Shown: positions 33,126-47,381 of the stretch, piece after piece
Layout of the letters: each line of letters begins with the position of its first letter
Numbering within the stretch: position 1 is the first letter of the stretch
DNA from: the human T2T-CHM13v2.0 reference genome, Homo sapiens
Reading direction: 5' to 3' (one strand)
DNA: 64,000 nt
Assembly (NCBI RefSeq): GCF_009914755.1
Contig: NC_060936.1
The notes under the pieces: generated by a model
Databases searched by the model: none
Told to the model about the DNA's origin: nothing
Seen by the model: the letters and a program-made list of their open reading frames with translations, nothing else
Made by a program: the position numbers and the translations under genes

Positions 33126-35036
33126 CTGATCTTCATATATACTATGGTTCTCATCAGGAATGTACCATCTCTCAATCCAAGCTAGAGCAGCAGTCAAAAA
33201 CATGCTTTCCCAAAGTCCAGGAGCATGAAGCAGAGGCTGTTTGAAGGACTCCTCTAGGACAAATCCCTCTAGGGATTCAGGCAGTCTCTAGAAGGATGCT
33301 TTGGAAGTGTGGGGTCACATCTGACCATGCTCTCCACTGGCCCTGTATAACCCAAGCACAGGGAAGATCTCAAGTGTGTGCTGAGTGCAAAGTCATGCAA
33401 ATGAGCCCTGATTAGAGTGCTGAATTTCAAAAGAAATAAAAGAATGACAAAAAGGTAATGTAAAATCCTATCCTTGCAGCTGTCTTTCTTGATAGCTTCA
33501 GTGACCTTCCCTCTCCAAATATTTTGGCCTCCTCTACCCAAGCTTCTGAACATTACTCTTGGAACATCCATAGATAACCCCACTCATTCTCTTTCATTCA
33601 CATCCTTGAATATCTGTGAATGGAGGTCAGCTGCCAAAGTGGACCTGGACAAAGTCTCTCCAGCAACACTGACTTCTTGGTCACTCATTTACTTGTGCCC
33701 ATAGAATACCCTGTGTGGCTGTTCCTCCCTTTTTTCTCTATTTTCTCTCCTTTAAGCAGTTTAGGTTTTAAATTCCTGGACATCTGCCCTATTTCTCTGC
33801 TTCCTTTCACATCAGGTTGCTAGAAGAGCTACAAATATCAGTGGGGTGACCTTCCTGAATGCCAGAACATTCCTCATCTTCCTGGATCCTCGCCAGCCTA
33901 CCTTTTGCCCCCTGCACTCCGCATGACCCATAATTAACAAAGTCCTCAAGAACCTTGGAGCTAGGAAGCGAAAACGCACTTCTCTGCACTGTCTTTGTTA
34001 GCTTGTAGCTGCACAGAGTCCTTATTTAAGCATCCCAACAGGGAGGAAGAAGACAAGATAAGCAGGCAAACGATGACCTGTTTCTCATCTTGCCTTCCAG
34101 GATCAGCTCTTAAACCTCACCATCCACCTTCATTCTCTTCATCAAAGGGGTTCCTCTGATTTTCTTCTCTGTCCATTACACCTTTTCCTTTATATCAGAC
34201 TCCGGACGAAGCCATCCATGACCATATGCATCCACATGCATATACATATATGGATCATCCACTATATATGTCATTTGGAATAGACCTATTCCAAATGTTT
34301 TTCCTCCTCTGGCTCTTACTTATGCTTTAGTTGTTAACATATAGCCAAGAGGTGTCTGGCCATCTATAAGCCTGCCTGTGCCAACCTTATATTCACACTG
34401 GAAATATCATCTTTCTCTGAGGATGTCCCTGTATTCCAGAATAACAGGAAGCACAAGCAACATGAAATAGCTTGCAGGAGGAATTGACCAGCAATGGCCT
34501 CTAATGCCTGATCATAGATCAATAGAACTGTGATCCCTCTCTAACCTTCTAACCATCATCACACTTCAGCTAGATTATGAGTCTTAGACTCGTTTTGATG
34601 ATAACAACTAGCTCCTAGAGCAGTTTAGTTAACTATCTTAGAAGCCAAACCAAATACTAAATGGTCAAATGGGATTGGATTACTGGTCTCCAGGGCTTGG
34701 AAAAGAGCTAGTGACCCAATATTCAAGCAATGCTGTCTATCAATAACTATCAGGAAATGGTCAAGCAAGCTTCTTGAGAGCAAGGACTTGGTTCCTGTCA
34801 TCTCTGTGTTCCCAAGGATGCAAGGATGCAGTACCCACCACAGAGAAGGTACAGACCACTGACATTGTCCTTGCTTCCTGGGATCAGAGTTTCACAAACA
34901 GATATGAGTGACCACAGGGTTCTCAAGCAACTATTTGGACCAGATCAAAATGGAAAACTTCCAAATAAAATTTGGATGAAGCAAAGAAGGAGAAGCAGGC
35001 ATCAGGGGTGGAAGAAGAGGAGGAATGATGTATGTA

Positions 35037-35617
35037 TAGCTGATTCTCATTATTCATGGTAGTTATGGTCTATAGTCACTGTGGACACTGGATTAGTGAA
35101 TATTGAAACACTGTTCCTGGAGGAAACACAGGGTGAGGTTTCTGCAAGCCTCTGGTCACAAAATTTTCATCAACTGATCAACACATAACCTTGTCTTATG
35201 TGAGTTTTCTGTTTAAAGATATCTTATTCAATAGATATTGTTGGTTGAGTTATTAACATTGATCAAACAGCCAGCAGCACTGTTGTCCTCAGGAAGCTTG
35301 TCTAACACACATAGTTTCCCTGTGAGGCACATCACGGCCTTGCACTTAGGAACACCAGACAGCAGTGCAGCACTACGCTTGGGAACTGTTTTAAACAGCA
35401 AAGTCACCAACAAAAATCAAAAAAAGGCAAAAAATGTAGCACTAAATAGATTGTGAAGACCCTGGCTGGGAAGATAGGTGCCAAGTCATGTGAATTTTTC
35501 ACTGCTCTGCACATGTTCACAAATGACCACAAAGGGGCTGCAAGTATTGATTTTGGTAAATTTTAGCAAGTGGGCAGATTTGCAAATACAGAATCCGTGA
35601 ATAATGAAGGTTGACTG
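35037..35617 (+). mobile_element. MER82 (TcMar-Tigger) DNA transposon
   Basis: TIR-like ends tagctgattctcattattca / tgaataatgaaggttgactg, TA on the left, and an internal sequence matching the MER82 consensus as recalled. Confidence 0.8.
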
Positions 35618-36317
35618 TGTGTGTGTGTGTGTGTGTGCATGTGTGTGTTTGTTTATGTACATATCAAACAAAATTCAGAACCTTGCAGCTGTCTTTCTTG
35701 ACAGCTTCAGTGACCTTCCCTCAAGTTTCTGAACATTACTCTTGAACAATCCATAGATAACCCCACTCATTCTCTTTCATCCACATCCTCAAGCAAATGA
35801 CAGACATGTTGGCTCTTTAGAATGTAGCAGCCTAGCTTAGTCATCAAGACAGAGACAGTAAAGATCTAAGTAAGGTAGACTGAGGACAGGGTAACAAGAC
35901 AAAACCAGCCTGCAGCCCATAGTGCCAGGCATTGCAGGCAGTGGTTGTGACCAACAGCCAGCAACAGACTCTAAGGGCTCTTGTCAAGGTGGACTAAGAG
36001 TGGGTTAAGGTGGCATCATGTGCCCACAAGCAACACAGCCACTCTGTCAGTCTGTGGTGACACAGATTACAAACATACCATCCTTGTTCATTCTGCCATC
36101 TTTCACACTCAGCCTGGGGCATGACAGGACCTGTCCTCTCTCCACCCAGATGCCTCACATGCTCCTGTCCTGAGGATTCCCAGCCTAGTGGTGTGTCCAA
36201 GGGCAGCAACCACAGATGCATAGCAGTCAGAGCCACTCCAGTGAGGAACTGGCCTCCAATGTGTCACCACCCAACCAGCTGCCACCTAAGATTCTCATTT
36301 CCCAGAGCTGAATCTCA

Positions 36318-36692
<375 letters not shown>

Positions 36693-38364
36693 TTATGAGA
36701 GCATGGTTCCATGAAGGGCAGCAGTGGTGACCCATCAGGCTCAAAAATCTCAGCTTTTTTCATCAGACTGAAAAAGTGTTTTTCAAAGCACTTTTTTACA
36801 TGTCATCTCATTAATCCTCAGATTAACACTATGTAGCAGAGGGGGTGGATATCAATACATGCATGCCATTAGTTGAGTTAACTAAAACCTAGATATGTCA
36901 AGGACATCCATTTGAGCAAGGACATCCCATAAATTATTGCCATGGCCAGCACCCCAGACCATGCCTTTCTGATGGGTTTCATGGTAGTAAGCAGGCGCTG
37001 AGGTGTGCGTTAGATTCCCCTCTCATTAGCACTCAAGGCAGCCCCCCAAGTTAGAGGACCTGGCAGGAAAGGGTCCATGTGTCACCTGGGACACACAACT
37101 GGGGCTCTAGAAGGCCCACCCTGCAGGATGTGTGGACCTCAGGCCCAAGGATTGGCAAATGCAGCAACACGACTTAGAGCCAGCGATGCTGCTTGTCTGG
37201 TTCCCCGAGCTGGAGAGTAGGCTGCCGGGAAGCCAAGCGGGCAGCCAGTGCCAGGCCAAACAGGCAATTAGCACCCACAGAAACCCCACTGCCCAGCAAT
37301 TGCTCAAGGCCATGAAACTCTGGGCCTGCTGATTCCTGAGGCAGAGGGCAGGTGAATCAGGAGCTTGTGTTGACAGAGAGACCCCAAGTCCTTGAGTAAG
37401 AGTCCCACACAAGCGCCTGGACTTGAATTCACTGTGCCCCCAAGGCGAGGAGAGCACTCCGGTTTAGACAACAACCAAGCCGACCTCAGCATCCTCCTCT
37501 GGACTTGATTTGTGCTTTCCTCATTTGATGGTTAGAGCCCTGCCATAGCCACCTCCAGTCTAGACCGCTAGACAGAAGATCTGTTTTGGCTGCCTTCTTT
37601 CAGGCTATTCTCTCTCTCTCTCTCCAATACATGCCAAATGCTAATTTCTCATGATTCCCAGTTCCTGCCCCAATTCATCCCTTTCCCACGCTCCCACCCT
37701 GGCTTTGAATGGGAACCTCCAGTGCTTTTCCCACACCTTTCACATCTGTAATCCTGGGCTCATGTAAGGGGAGTGTGTTGGTAAAGAAACTGGCCCTGAT
37801 CAAACAGGAATGCAGGTACATTCCTGACACTGCCTGGATGTTCCAAGGTTGGCTTTCAGACCAGGACAAACAGTCCTTGGGTGAAGATATGGGTACAGAT
37901 CGTGATGACCCGACAAGAGGTGCCATTTCCCTTGTTCCAAGGAACAGTTTGGATTGGATGGGAAGGCAAGCTCTGAAACCAAGTTCTTGGGCTTTCCCCA
38001 AAGACATGCCTGTCTCTTGGGTGAGGAAGCTGTGATCATCAACAGGGAGGAGGTTCACTCTGGAAGGATGGACACGTGGGTTGGTGTAGGAGGCTGTGGG
38101 TTACAGGCGTAATGGAAAGACAGAGACCCACACAGCAACCTCAGGAAAGCGATTTCCAAGAGAGTCAGAGGAACATCTGGAGCTGAGAGGAGGGAAAAGA
38201 AGATACCACTCACCAAGACCCTCCTGCTCCTGTGGCTGTGAGCGCCGCATGTTCCATGGACATTGTAAGGAAGGAGATGTGAAAAATGCAAGGGCTCCCT
38301 TCATGGAAACACCTTGCTTCTTCTCCCTCCCTTTCCACTGGGGAGAGCCTGGGAGGAGGGCTCA

Positions 38365-38598
<234 letters not shown>

Positions 38599-39555
38599 TC
38601 ATCCCACCGCCCCCACCCCCCACCACCAGGGAGCTCAGCAAGGGTGGGCATCTCCCCAGGGCCCAGGCCTGAGCACAGTGCCTTCGGAGCCCTCATACAT
38701 GATTCGCCCTACATAGCTGGCTCAGAGCATGGCTTGGAATCAGCTGCCTGGTTTCAGATGTTGCATCTGTCAGGTTAATTTGGGTTTAGTGGTTCACCTC
38801 TGCATGCCCCCGCTGTCTGCATTGGAAGAGGTGTTTTACTTCCAGGGTGTAAGGATCATATGCATGAACCCATTCATGCTACTGGCACTAGCTCTGCCTC
38901 AGGCACAGACCTGAACCAGGTCAGGGGCTTCTATCCTGCCCAACGCCCCCTCCAAGGGAAAATGAGAGTCCTCCCTCAGCCTCAGCACCTACATGTGGAG
39001 AGAAACCCTCAGGTCTCCTCCTCTTGAGGGTGGGGGGAATTGAGGATTTAGGTGCCCTGGTCATTCCAGCCCCAGCTCCTCACAACCATAAAGCTCAGGG
39101 CTAATAGGCTTATGCCCCTGGTGTTCCTGTACCAAGACAATCAACATTTCAAGATATTTCCCCCCCCTTTTTTTGGCAATAACACTTAAAACATTATTTT
39201 GAATGTCCTTCTGAGTCATGTGAGTCCTATACAATTAATTGTGTTTTCAGAGATGGTTTTTCTAAACAGGCATTATCATCTAGAGATGGATTTCATACTT
39301 GAGGAAAAGGAGAAGAGACAGACGGAACGAAAGCCCACAGCTTTGGGAAGGCCTTCTCAGGAAGCAGCTGGCTTGACTCTTTCATTAGCCAAAACTGGGC
39401 CCCCAGCTTTGTCTGCTGCGTCTGATCCCGTCTACTGTCAGGCTCAGAGATGATTCTGGGATACCTCAGACTGCCCTGAAATGCTTTCAGACCCTACTGC
39501 CTCCCAGTTCTCCCAATTTTATCTGAATCCTCAAAAGGGTCATTACAGGTTTCAG

Positions 39556-39570
39556 TGACCCCTTTGACCC
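39556..39570 (-). promoter_or_regulatory. Candidate DR3 GGGTCA aag GGGTCA
   Basis: TGACCC ctt TGACCC on the + strand; two perfect RGGTCA half-sites. Motif evidence only. Confidence 0.45.
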
Positions 39571-40076
39571 TAGGCAAAGGGTCCTTCTTGTCAGAAGAAA
39601 AATAAGAGAGAAAGCCAGGAAACAAGAGACAAGAACCCACTCCACCCCAGGGTACCATTTCCTCCTGCCCTTGGGTGACAGAGGCAGATTCTGGGGGCCC
39701 TTGGGAGGCTCTGAGCTACTTTTCAATGACTAGGCCCATGATCTCTGATCTAGGGTGTGGAATATCAAAGCTCATTAAGTCTTATTTCACCTTCATACCA
39801 CTTCATGGTGTAGATGCTATTATCATCATCCCCTTTACAAATGAGGCCCAGAGAGGCCCAAACCTTAAGATATGTCTAGAAACCACTACTGCCAAATGAA
39901 TAAAACAAATACTTTCTAAAAATTCCCCAAAGAGCTTCACACCAAGGGAAAGAAGTGGTGCAGATAAGCAAGAATATGTTATCATCAGTCCCAAAGGGAC
40001 AGAGGGAATCCCGGTCACAGACCTCGGAGATTCCCTAACCTCATTTAGCTTTTCTTTTCCTGGAAACCTTAATGTA

Positions 40077-40156
40077 TTAGGTTGGTGCAAAAGTAATTGT
40101 GGTTTTGGCCATCAAAAATAATGGCAAAGATCGCAATTACTTTTGAACTATCCTAA
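40077..40156. mobile_element. MADE1 (Hsmar1-derived MITE, 80 bp)
   Basis: ttaggttggtgcaaaagtaattg...caattacttttgaactatcctaa, palindromic, with TA on both sides. Confidence 0.92.
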
Positions 40157-40409
40157 TAGTAATAGTGACACTATTGCTAATTTCTTTCACAGCTAGATTT
40201 ATACTTGCTAAACTCTAATGTATATATAATATATACATTAAATATATAAATACATATTAATATATATTATATATTAATATATATTAAATATATAAATACA
40301 TATTTAATGTATATATTAAATTTTAGCAGCTACATATACATTAAAGTTTAGCAAGTATAAATATATACCTATATATAAAGAGAGAAGCACTTTCAGAAAG
40401 AGAACAAAG

Positions 40410-40900
40410 ATCATTGCAGCGATAGCAAAGACACAGAATCAACCCAGGTGCCCATCAACTCTGGACTAGATAAAGAAAATACAGTATATGTGTGTGTGTG
40501 TGTATATATATATATATACACACACATATACTGTCCTTTTTACACACGTATACTGTCCTTTTTACACACATACACTGTCCTTTTTCCTTTGCAGCAACAT
40601 GGATACAGCTGGAGACCATTATCCTAAGGAAACAAAGCCAGAAACAGAAAACAAAATAGCACATGTTCTCACTTATAAGTGGGAACTAAACATCATGTAC
40701 ATATGGACATAAAGATGAGAACAATGGACACTGGGAATACAAGTGGACAGGGGCAGGGGCTGAAAAACAACCTATTGAGTACTATGCTCGCTACCTGGGA
40801 GACAATTCATTCATACTCAAAACCTCAGTATCTTGCAATATACCTTTGTAACAAACCTGCACAGGTACCCCCTGAACCTATAAGAAAAGTTCAGAAAAAA
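40410..40900 (+). mobile_element. L1PB/L1MA-type 3' fragment
   Basis: gcagcaacatggatacagctggagaccattatcc...catgttctcacttataagtggga...gtaacaaacctgcac. Confidence 0.85.
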
Positions 40901-42091
40901 AGAACAAAGGAATGATTAACAGAAACCTTTGGAGAGATGAGATCGGGGAGGGGTGTGCATTATATAGTAGCAGTATTCTATTTTTTGAGTAGTGAGCATA
41001 TGGTATCTTCTTCTTATTATTATTAGCAAAACACTACATCTATGTTTTGTATATCTGTGTTTGCATGCCCTTCTGAATATACAAAACGTTTCATAATTTA
41101 AAAAACAATTAAAAATAGAAAAAGTGCTTGTGGATCTATCAACATTGTCCCCAAAGACCATCCCAAGTCCAAGCTGATGCCTGCAGGTTTTAGAACATAG
41201 CACACATTCAAGATGTGGCCAGCATCCCGGAGGCCCAATATCATTGTGGGGTAATAGGGGAAACTGTCCAGGATGCTTGTGGCTTAACCCTGGGTCAGCT
41301 GAGATGCTGCAGCTCCGAGTCATCGTGGTGTTGCTACAGAGTCTGGGTCATCCAGGCTCCCAAGTATCCGGTGGATTTCGTGGAAAACAGAGAAATCAAA
41401 TGGGGGGTAGGAAGGAATATCTGTTAAATCAGTCAACACATGTTCAGCATCACATGGACTCATTTGGAGATGCTATGATGCAAGCGAGTGGAACAACATA
41501 CTACCACAGCACAGCAACGGGGCAGTCCTGCAATGGGGTGGGGTGCTGCCTTGACATCAGGAAGTCTCTATGCTGGGGGTGAAGGCTGGAAAGGCTGGAT
41601 CAAGCAGCCAGAGGCCCACAGTGAATGAGACCATTTCAGGGGAGCTGACAGAAGACCCAACCCTGCTTGAGGTTATTTGCTGCTATCAAGAAGCCAGCGC
41701 CCAGGACCAGAGTCCACATGTGGAGATGTCCAAGCCTCTGTGGCTTGAGAGCTGAAAGTCCCAGGAATGACAGGCAGAGACTAAAGAAGGCAGCAAAGAG
41801 AAAGAGGAGATGGGGGCTGGATAGGAAACATCAGACGCACAGGAGAGCCCAGCCAGGGTCGTGGCTGGAGCCAGCAAGCCCCATCTCCTGAGCCCTTCTC
41901 TGAACTCCCACCCGCACCCCACACACTCATGCATCTCAGTTGCAGACTCTGCTGGCCCGGGACCCACCTTGCAAAATCCTGGGTGGTATCCCTTCCTTCC
42001 CCTGCCCACCACCTTCTTATGCCCCTCCCCCCCACCCCGCCCCTTGAAAACAGAAAGCCAGGGAAGTTGCGGCTGATGAGGAAACACCTAC

Positions 42092-42172
42092 CTGAAGGAG
42101 CAGGGGGCAGGTAAGTGGAGCCCAGGGGTGCTCTTCTGTGAGGTCTCACAGACACTTCAGACCCAAAGGCTT
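42092..42172 (-). other. VDR: VDR exon 1c (81 nt; 5'UTR in VDRA, coding in VDRB1)
   Basis: catttcag|AAGCCTTTGGG...CTCCTTCAG|gtagg. In frame it reads AFGSEVSVRPHRRAPLGSTYLPPAPS, matching the VDRB1 N-terminal extension as I recall it. Confidence 0.95.
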
Positions 42173-45096
42173 CTGAAATGAAGAAGGGGAAACCTTTTAT
42201 CTAAGGCGGAGCGCTGACCGCCTCCCCAGTCTCTAAGGAAGTGGGCACGAGAGGCTCTTTCCAGGGACTTTAGTCCCCAGATCAGTGACTGCAAACAGAA
42301 GTGGCTTGTTGGGAGCAGGCATGCCATGTCATCGCTGGCAGGGGTGTGGGGGTGGCGGCTGGGCAGCAGCCAGGATGGCCCTCCCTCGAGGCAGGGAGTA
42401 GCAGGAGCAGTGGGAAGCGGTGGCGGCAACCAGCCCCAGGCAGAAGGAAACAGCCTCCCGCCTAGGCACTCCTTCTCCTCTCACAGCCCAGGGTGTCAGG
42501 AGGGAGGAAGGGCCTTTTCGTTAGGGAGACCCACACTCTCACTACCCCCTCCATCTCCAGATTGTAGGCAGCTCAGGAAGCAGAGCAACTGGGCCATGTG
42601 TCCTGCTGCTAAGAGCGGGAAGACGGCTGCCCCAGGCAGGGCAGAGGAGGTGCCGCACAGGAGCTGGGAATGGGGCAGGCTTGGATGGCAGCCCACAGCC
42701 TTGGCCTCTTGGGACAGCTTCAAAGGCAGGTGTCTGAGATCTCCTGTCTGTGGAGACCGGGTGTAGGCGGAGCAGGTGTTGCAGGGGTTAAATACAGCAA
42801 AGCATTGCTTTCAAACAGGATGTTTTCTGCCACTTTTAGCTCTTCCCCAGACATGCTCAACACCCCCAGCTGCAGTAGGGTTGACTCTGCTGCCCAGACT
42901 CTGGATCTTAGCAGCTGGCTGGGGGGCCAGCAAGGAGGGATGGGCAGAATAGTATCCTTTCCACTTCCACTCACACCCGGCCCTACTTGTCCACCTGCAG
43001 ACATAGACAAACAGACAGACACACACACACACAAACACACAAACACACACTTCTTTCCTTCTCTGATGCCAACAGGAGGTGACCCTGGCAAAGGCCTTTA
43101 AGTCAGACCCCAGATGGGGTATGTCTAGACCCCAGCTTTTGTCTTTCTTTGGAGACCTCTGTCTTCCAGTGGCCTAAGCAGGGAAGGGGGAGAGCTCAAG
43201 GGGCTTCCAAGACCTGGGCCCGGTCCTAGAACTGTGAGCCGACTGAGGCCACTTGCCACCCCCTCCAGTACTGCCAGCTCCCAGGGAGCATCTGAGGAAA
43301 ACACTAGTGGACAATGAGCCAAGATAACCTAAGCTGGGCTGGCCCACCCCCACAAGAAGCATGGGCAGTGGGAGGTGTCTGCTGAGGACAGGCATGCTGC
43401 CACGTACCCCCAACCCAGGCCCTCCTTTGCCCCCTCTGCTCCTACTGCCCAAGTCCTTCCCAGCTGACCACGCTCTGCAGGGTTCCTCCTCTGGCCTTAT
43501 TGATTCCTCAGGCTCCTTTCCTGGTGCTCAGGAAGGTGAGGTGGGGACCGGGTGGATGCAGAAAGGAGCACTGCTTTCCTATCCTCAATCCCTGTGGTTT
43601 TCAGAGGTCAGAGGTGACATCCAGGTAGACAACCACCCTGGAACTTAAAAAAAATGTTTCCGGAGTATTTACTACATGCCAGGCCTGCTAAGCTCTGCAT
43701 ACATTATTTCATTTAGCCCTCACAACAGTTCTGTGAGGCAGGGAGCAGTCCTACTTGTAGCAAAGCCAAATTTCAGAGCACTCTGAGTGACTTACCCAGG
43801 GTCCCACAGCTAGGCAAGTGGTGGTTCCTGGGGCCAAATGAGGACAGGCTGATTGTAGTGCCCAACTGGGTCCTTTTGCAATGACAATCATCAGAGCAGA
43901 TGCCTACTGCTCCGCACTGGGCCCTGCTCCATGGTTTTCCTGTGTCCTCACTCACTTCACTCTCATAAGAGCCTCCTCCAGTGGGTACTTTATTGCCCCT
44001 ATCTTAGGGGTGGAAACTGAGGCGCAGGGAAGGTGATTGTCTTTGGAGCTGGATTTGAATCTAGGTAGCTTAGCTCTGAGTCATTTCTGCAACCCTAAGC
44101 CATGGACACCTTTCACTTCCACTAAGTCAGGAGCAATGCAGAGAACAATCCCCAGGTCATGAGGGAAGAACCTGGGGATTGTTCTTTTCCTTCCAAGGAT
44201 CCCCAGGCCAAGGGATGGCAGGCCTCAGCCAGGTTCCATCCACTTTCTGTCACCCAGCCCCTCTCATCTGGGAAAATCCCATTCAATAGATGGGCCTCTC
44301 CTCCTCACTCGACTTTCCAATAGTGGACGGTCCTTTTAGGAGAGATATCCTAGATTCAGCCTCTAAGTCCAAGTGCAAGCCTATAGGAAAGTGGGGCAAA
44401 GACATAAGGTGGAAAGGAGGACAGGTGGAAAAACTGCTTAATACCTGCCCTCTGCCACGTCACACGCCCACCCCACCAGCAATTCATGTTCTGAGTACAC
44501 AGAACATCCCACTGCTTTTGCTGGGACCGTCCCCAGAGCAACCCTCTCCTGACCCTGCTTTAGAAATACCAAACCCCCAGCACTAAGCTTCAGAGAAGCA
44601 GAGGGGGAGGAGCTCAACTCTGTAGAAAGCCCCTGGCTTCCATCCCTCCAGGGCCTGCATCCCACATCAAAAACCCTGCCTGACCCTGACCCCAGTGCTG
44701 ACCTTGCCTTAGCAAGAAATGAGAAGATAACACGTTTCCTTCCAGTCACTGAAGCCACAACCATTGCCTCTCCTACACGTCTGCCTGTCAGCCCACACCA
44801 CAGGCGGCCCCATCTTGCGGCAGCTTCTGTTAAATGGGCATCCCCGGGGCCATCTCGCCTACGGCAGTCTTGCAGGGTGGCAATTGCCAGGTGTCCTGGG
44901 CAGAGCCCTGGGAGGACAAAAATCAAAGTCCCTCATGGCTCAGTTTAACTCCACATTGACTGGACCCTCCTAAGGGTGGTAAAGCTGTGACTCTGAGAAG
45001 GACCATGGAGTGGACAAGAAGTCTGACCGCTAATGTCTTTTCTAGCTCTGAGAGCATGCAACTCCAAGACTGGAATTCCCATCATGAGAAGCACTA

Positions 45097-45250
45097 TTTT
45101 TTTTTCTTTTTAAGAGACAAGGTCTCCTCTGTTACCCAGGCTAGAGTGCAGTTGCACAATCACAGCTCACTGCAGCCTCTAATTCCTGGGCTCAAGCAAT
45201 CTTCCACCTCAGCTTCTCAAGTAGCTGGGGTTACAGGTGTGAGCCACGCC
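45097..45250 (-). mobile_element. Partial or monomeric Alu
   Basis: gagacaaggtctc...caggtgtgagccac. Confidence 0.8.
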
Positions 45251-46334
45251 AGGAAAGAAGACCTTAAATGAGATGAAGCTTTCTCCCTGATCCCTCATTA
45301 GCCAGATGAACCACAACATTCATGCCTCAGTGAGTGAGACTCACTCATCCTCAGATGCCAATGAGCAGGAAGGGCACAAAAGATGTGGCCCCTAATCGAC
45401 CCCAGGAGAGGGGTCCTCTCTCTGCCAGGTTGGGACTGGAGTGATCTAAACTGGGCTTTCTAATTGTTGACATTGTTCCAAAGTTCCTACTCCTTCTAGA
45501 AAGAAATGGAAAGCTAAGCTATTTCCCCACAGAGTGGGAGACAATTCTTCTTCTTCCTAAAATTGCCACACACAGAGTCAACCAAGTGTTGGGCTTTTCC
45601 AGGAGAAGATATGCCTGTGTGTCCGCCAGCCACAACCGCACATGTACTTGTGCGTACACACCCTTGTCTTGCTATTTTTCGTTTCATCATCCATTAAACT
45701 CTGCCCCATCGAGTGCTAAGCACTGCATGACCTACCTAACTTTTTGTCATCTCTTTATTCTGGTGCATAACTCAGGCATAACAATATCATGGCCAGCTAA
45801 GGTGATACCCTCTCTTTCTTCTCCACCATCCCCACCATGTATCCATTTTCTTTGTCCAGAACAGTCTCAGTACCTCCCAGAAGAAGCTGACAGAGAACAG
45901 AGTGATAATAATGGGGAGTGGAGAGGGTTTACTGTATAAATAGAACATATCCAAACTACTTCCTGCCCCGACTGTCTCCCCAGCTCCTTCATACACACAT
46001 CTTTTAAATATGTGTAAGAACGATTGGAAATTATTTTCTACAGACCACAATGTCCACAGTAAAACCCAATAGATAACATTCAGCTCTGAAAATCTCAAGA
46101 TTGGAAGGCAACAGCACCACCTAGTCCAATCATCTTAAATTTCTTCTATGATATTCTAGCCAAACAGTTTTCTAGCCCATGCTTGAATAATTTTCCTAGT
46201 GGAGAACCACCTCCCACGGCAATCCACTCTCTTTGGATGGCTCTATGCTTAGAAAGCTCTGTATCATGCACAGATGGAATAGCACCCCATAGCTTTCAAT
46301 GGCTCCTCCTAGATAGCTCTTTGTAGCCATGTTA

Positions 46335-46745
<411 letters not shown>

Positions 46746-47381
46746 CAAAGGAGAAGAAAAGAAAAATTAAAAAGGAAAAGGATCCCTTTTTCTAAGACTC
46801 TTAGACTTTTCTAAGACACTAAGCCCTAAGACACTTCACTTCCATCAGTCAGAAAATTATAAAAATAGAACACTCTACAATGCTTATGTTGTGAGTGAAG
46901 TTGCAGGGGAGAAGCAGCAGAAGATAGCCTGGGTTACACTTAATTTTGATTTAGACTCCATCAAATTCCCAGGTTTGATCATGATCCCCACAAGAAGAGT
47001 GAGTAAGGTGGTAGCACAGACAGCGTCCACCTTTGTGGCCTGCACCTGGAGAGAACAGTGTCTGTTCTATGGAAAGGGCCCATGGAGCAGTGTGAGTGCT
47101 GGGTGTGCTCCCAGCAGGGCTGCCACCTCCTCTGTCTGCCACTTGGCTCTTTCCAGAGGAGGCTGGGCCCCAGCAACGCAGCTCTAAGAACCTCTAAGAA
47201 CATTTAAGAGGCTCACCAGTTATGACTGACTGAACGATGGGAAATTCAGTGGCTGATGACACAGTAGTTGTAGGAAGGAGTTTACCCCTGAAGCTTGTTC
47301 TTCATTAACCCTTTTGGGACTATGCATCACCTTTGAGAACCTGCTAAAAGCCATGGACTGACACCCCCTGCAGTATCAGGG

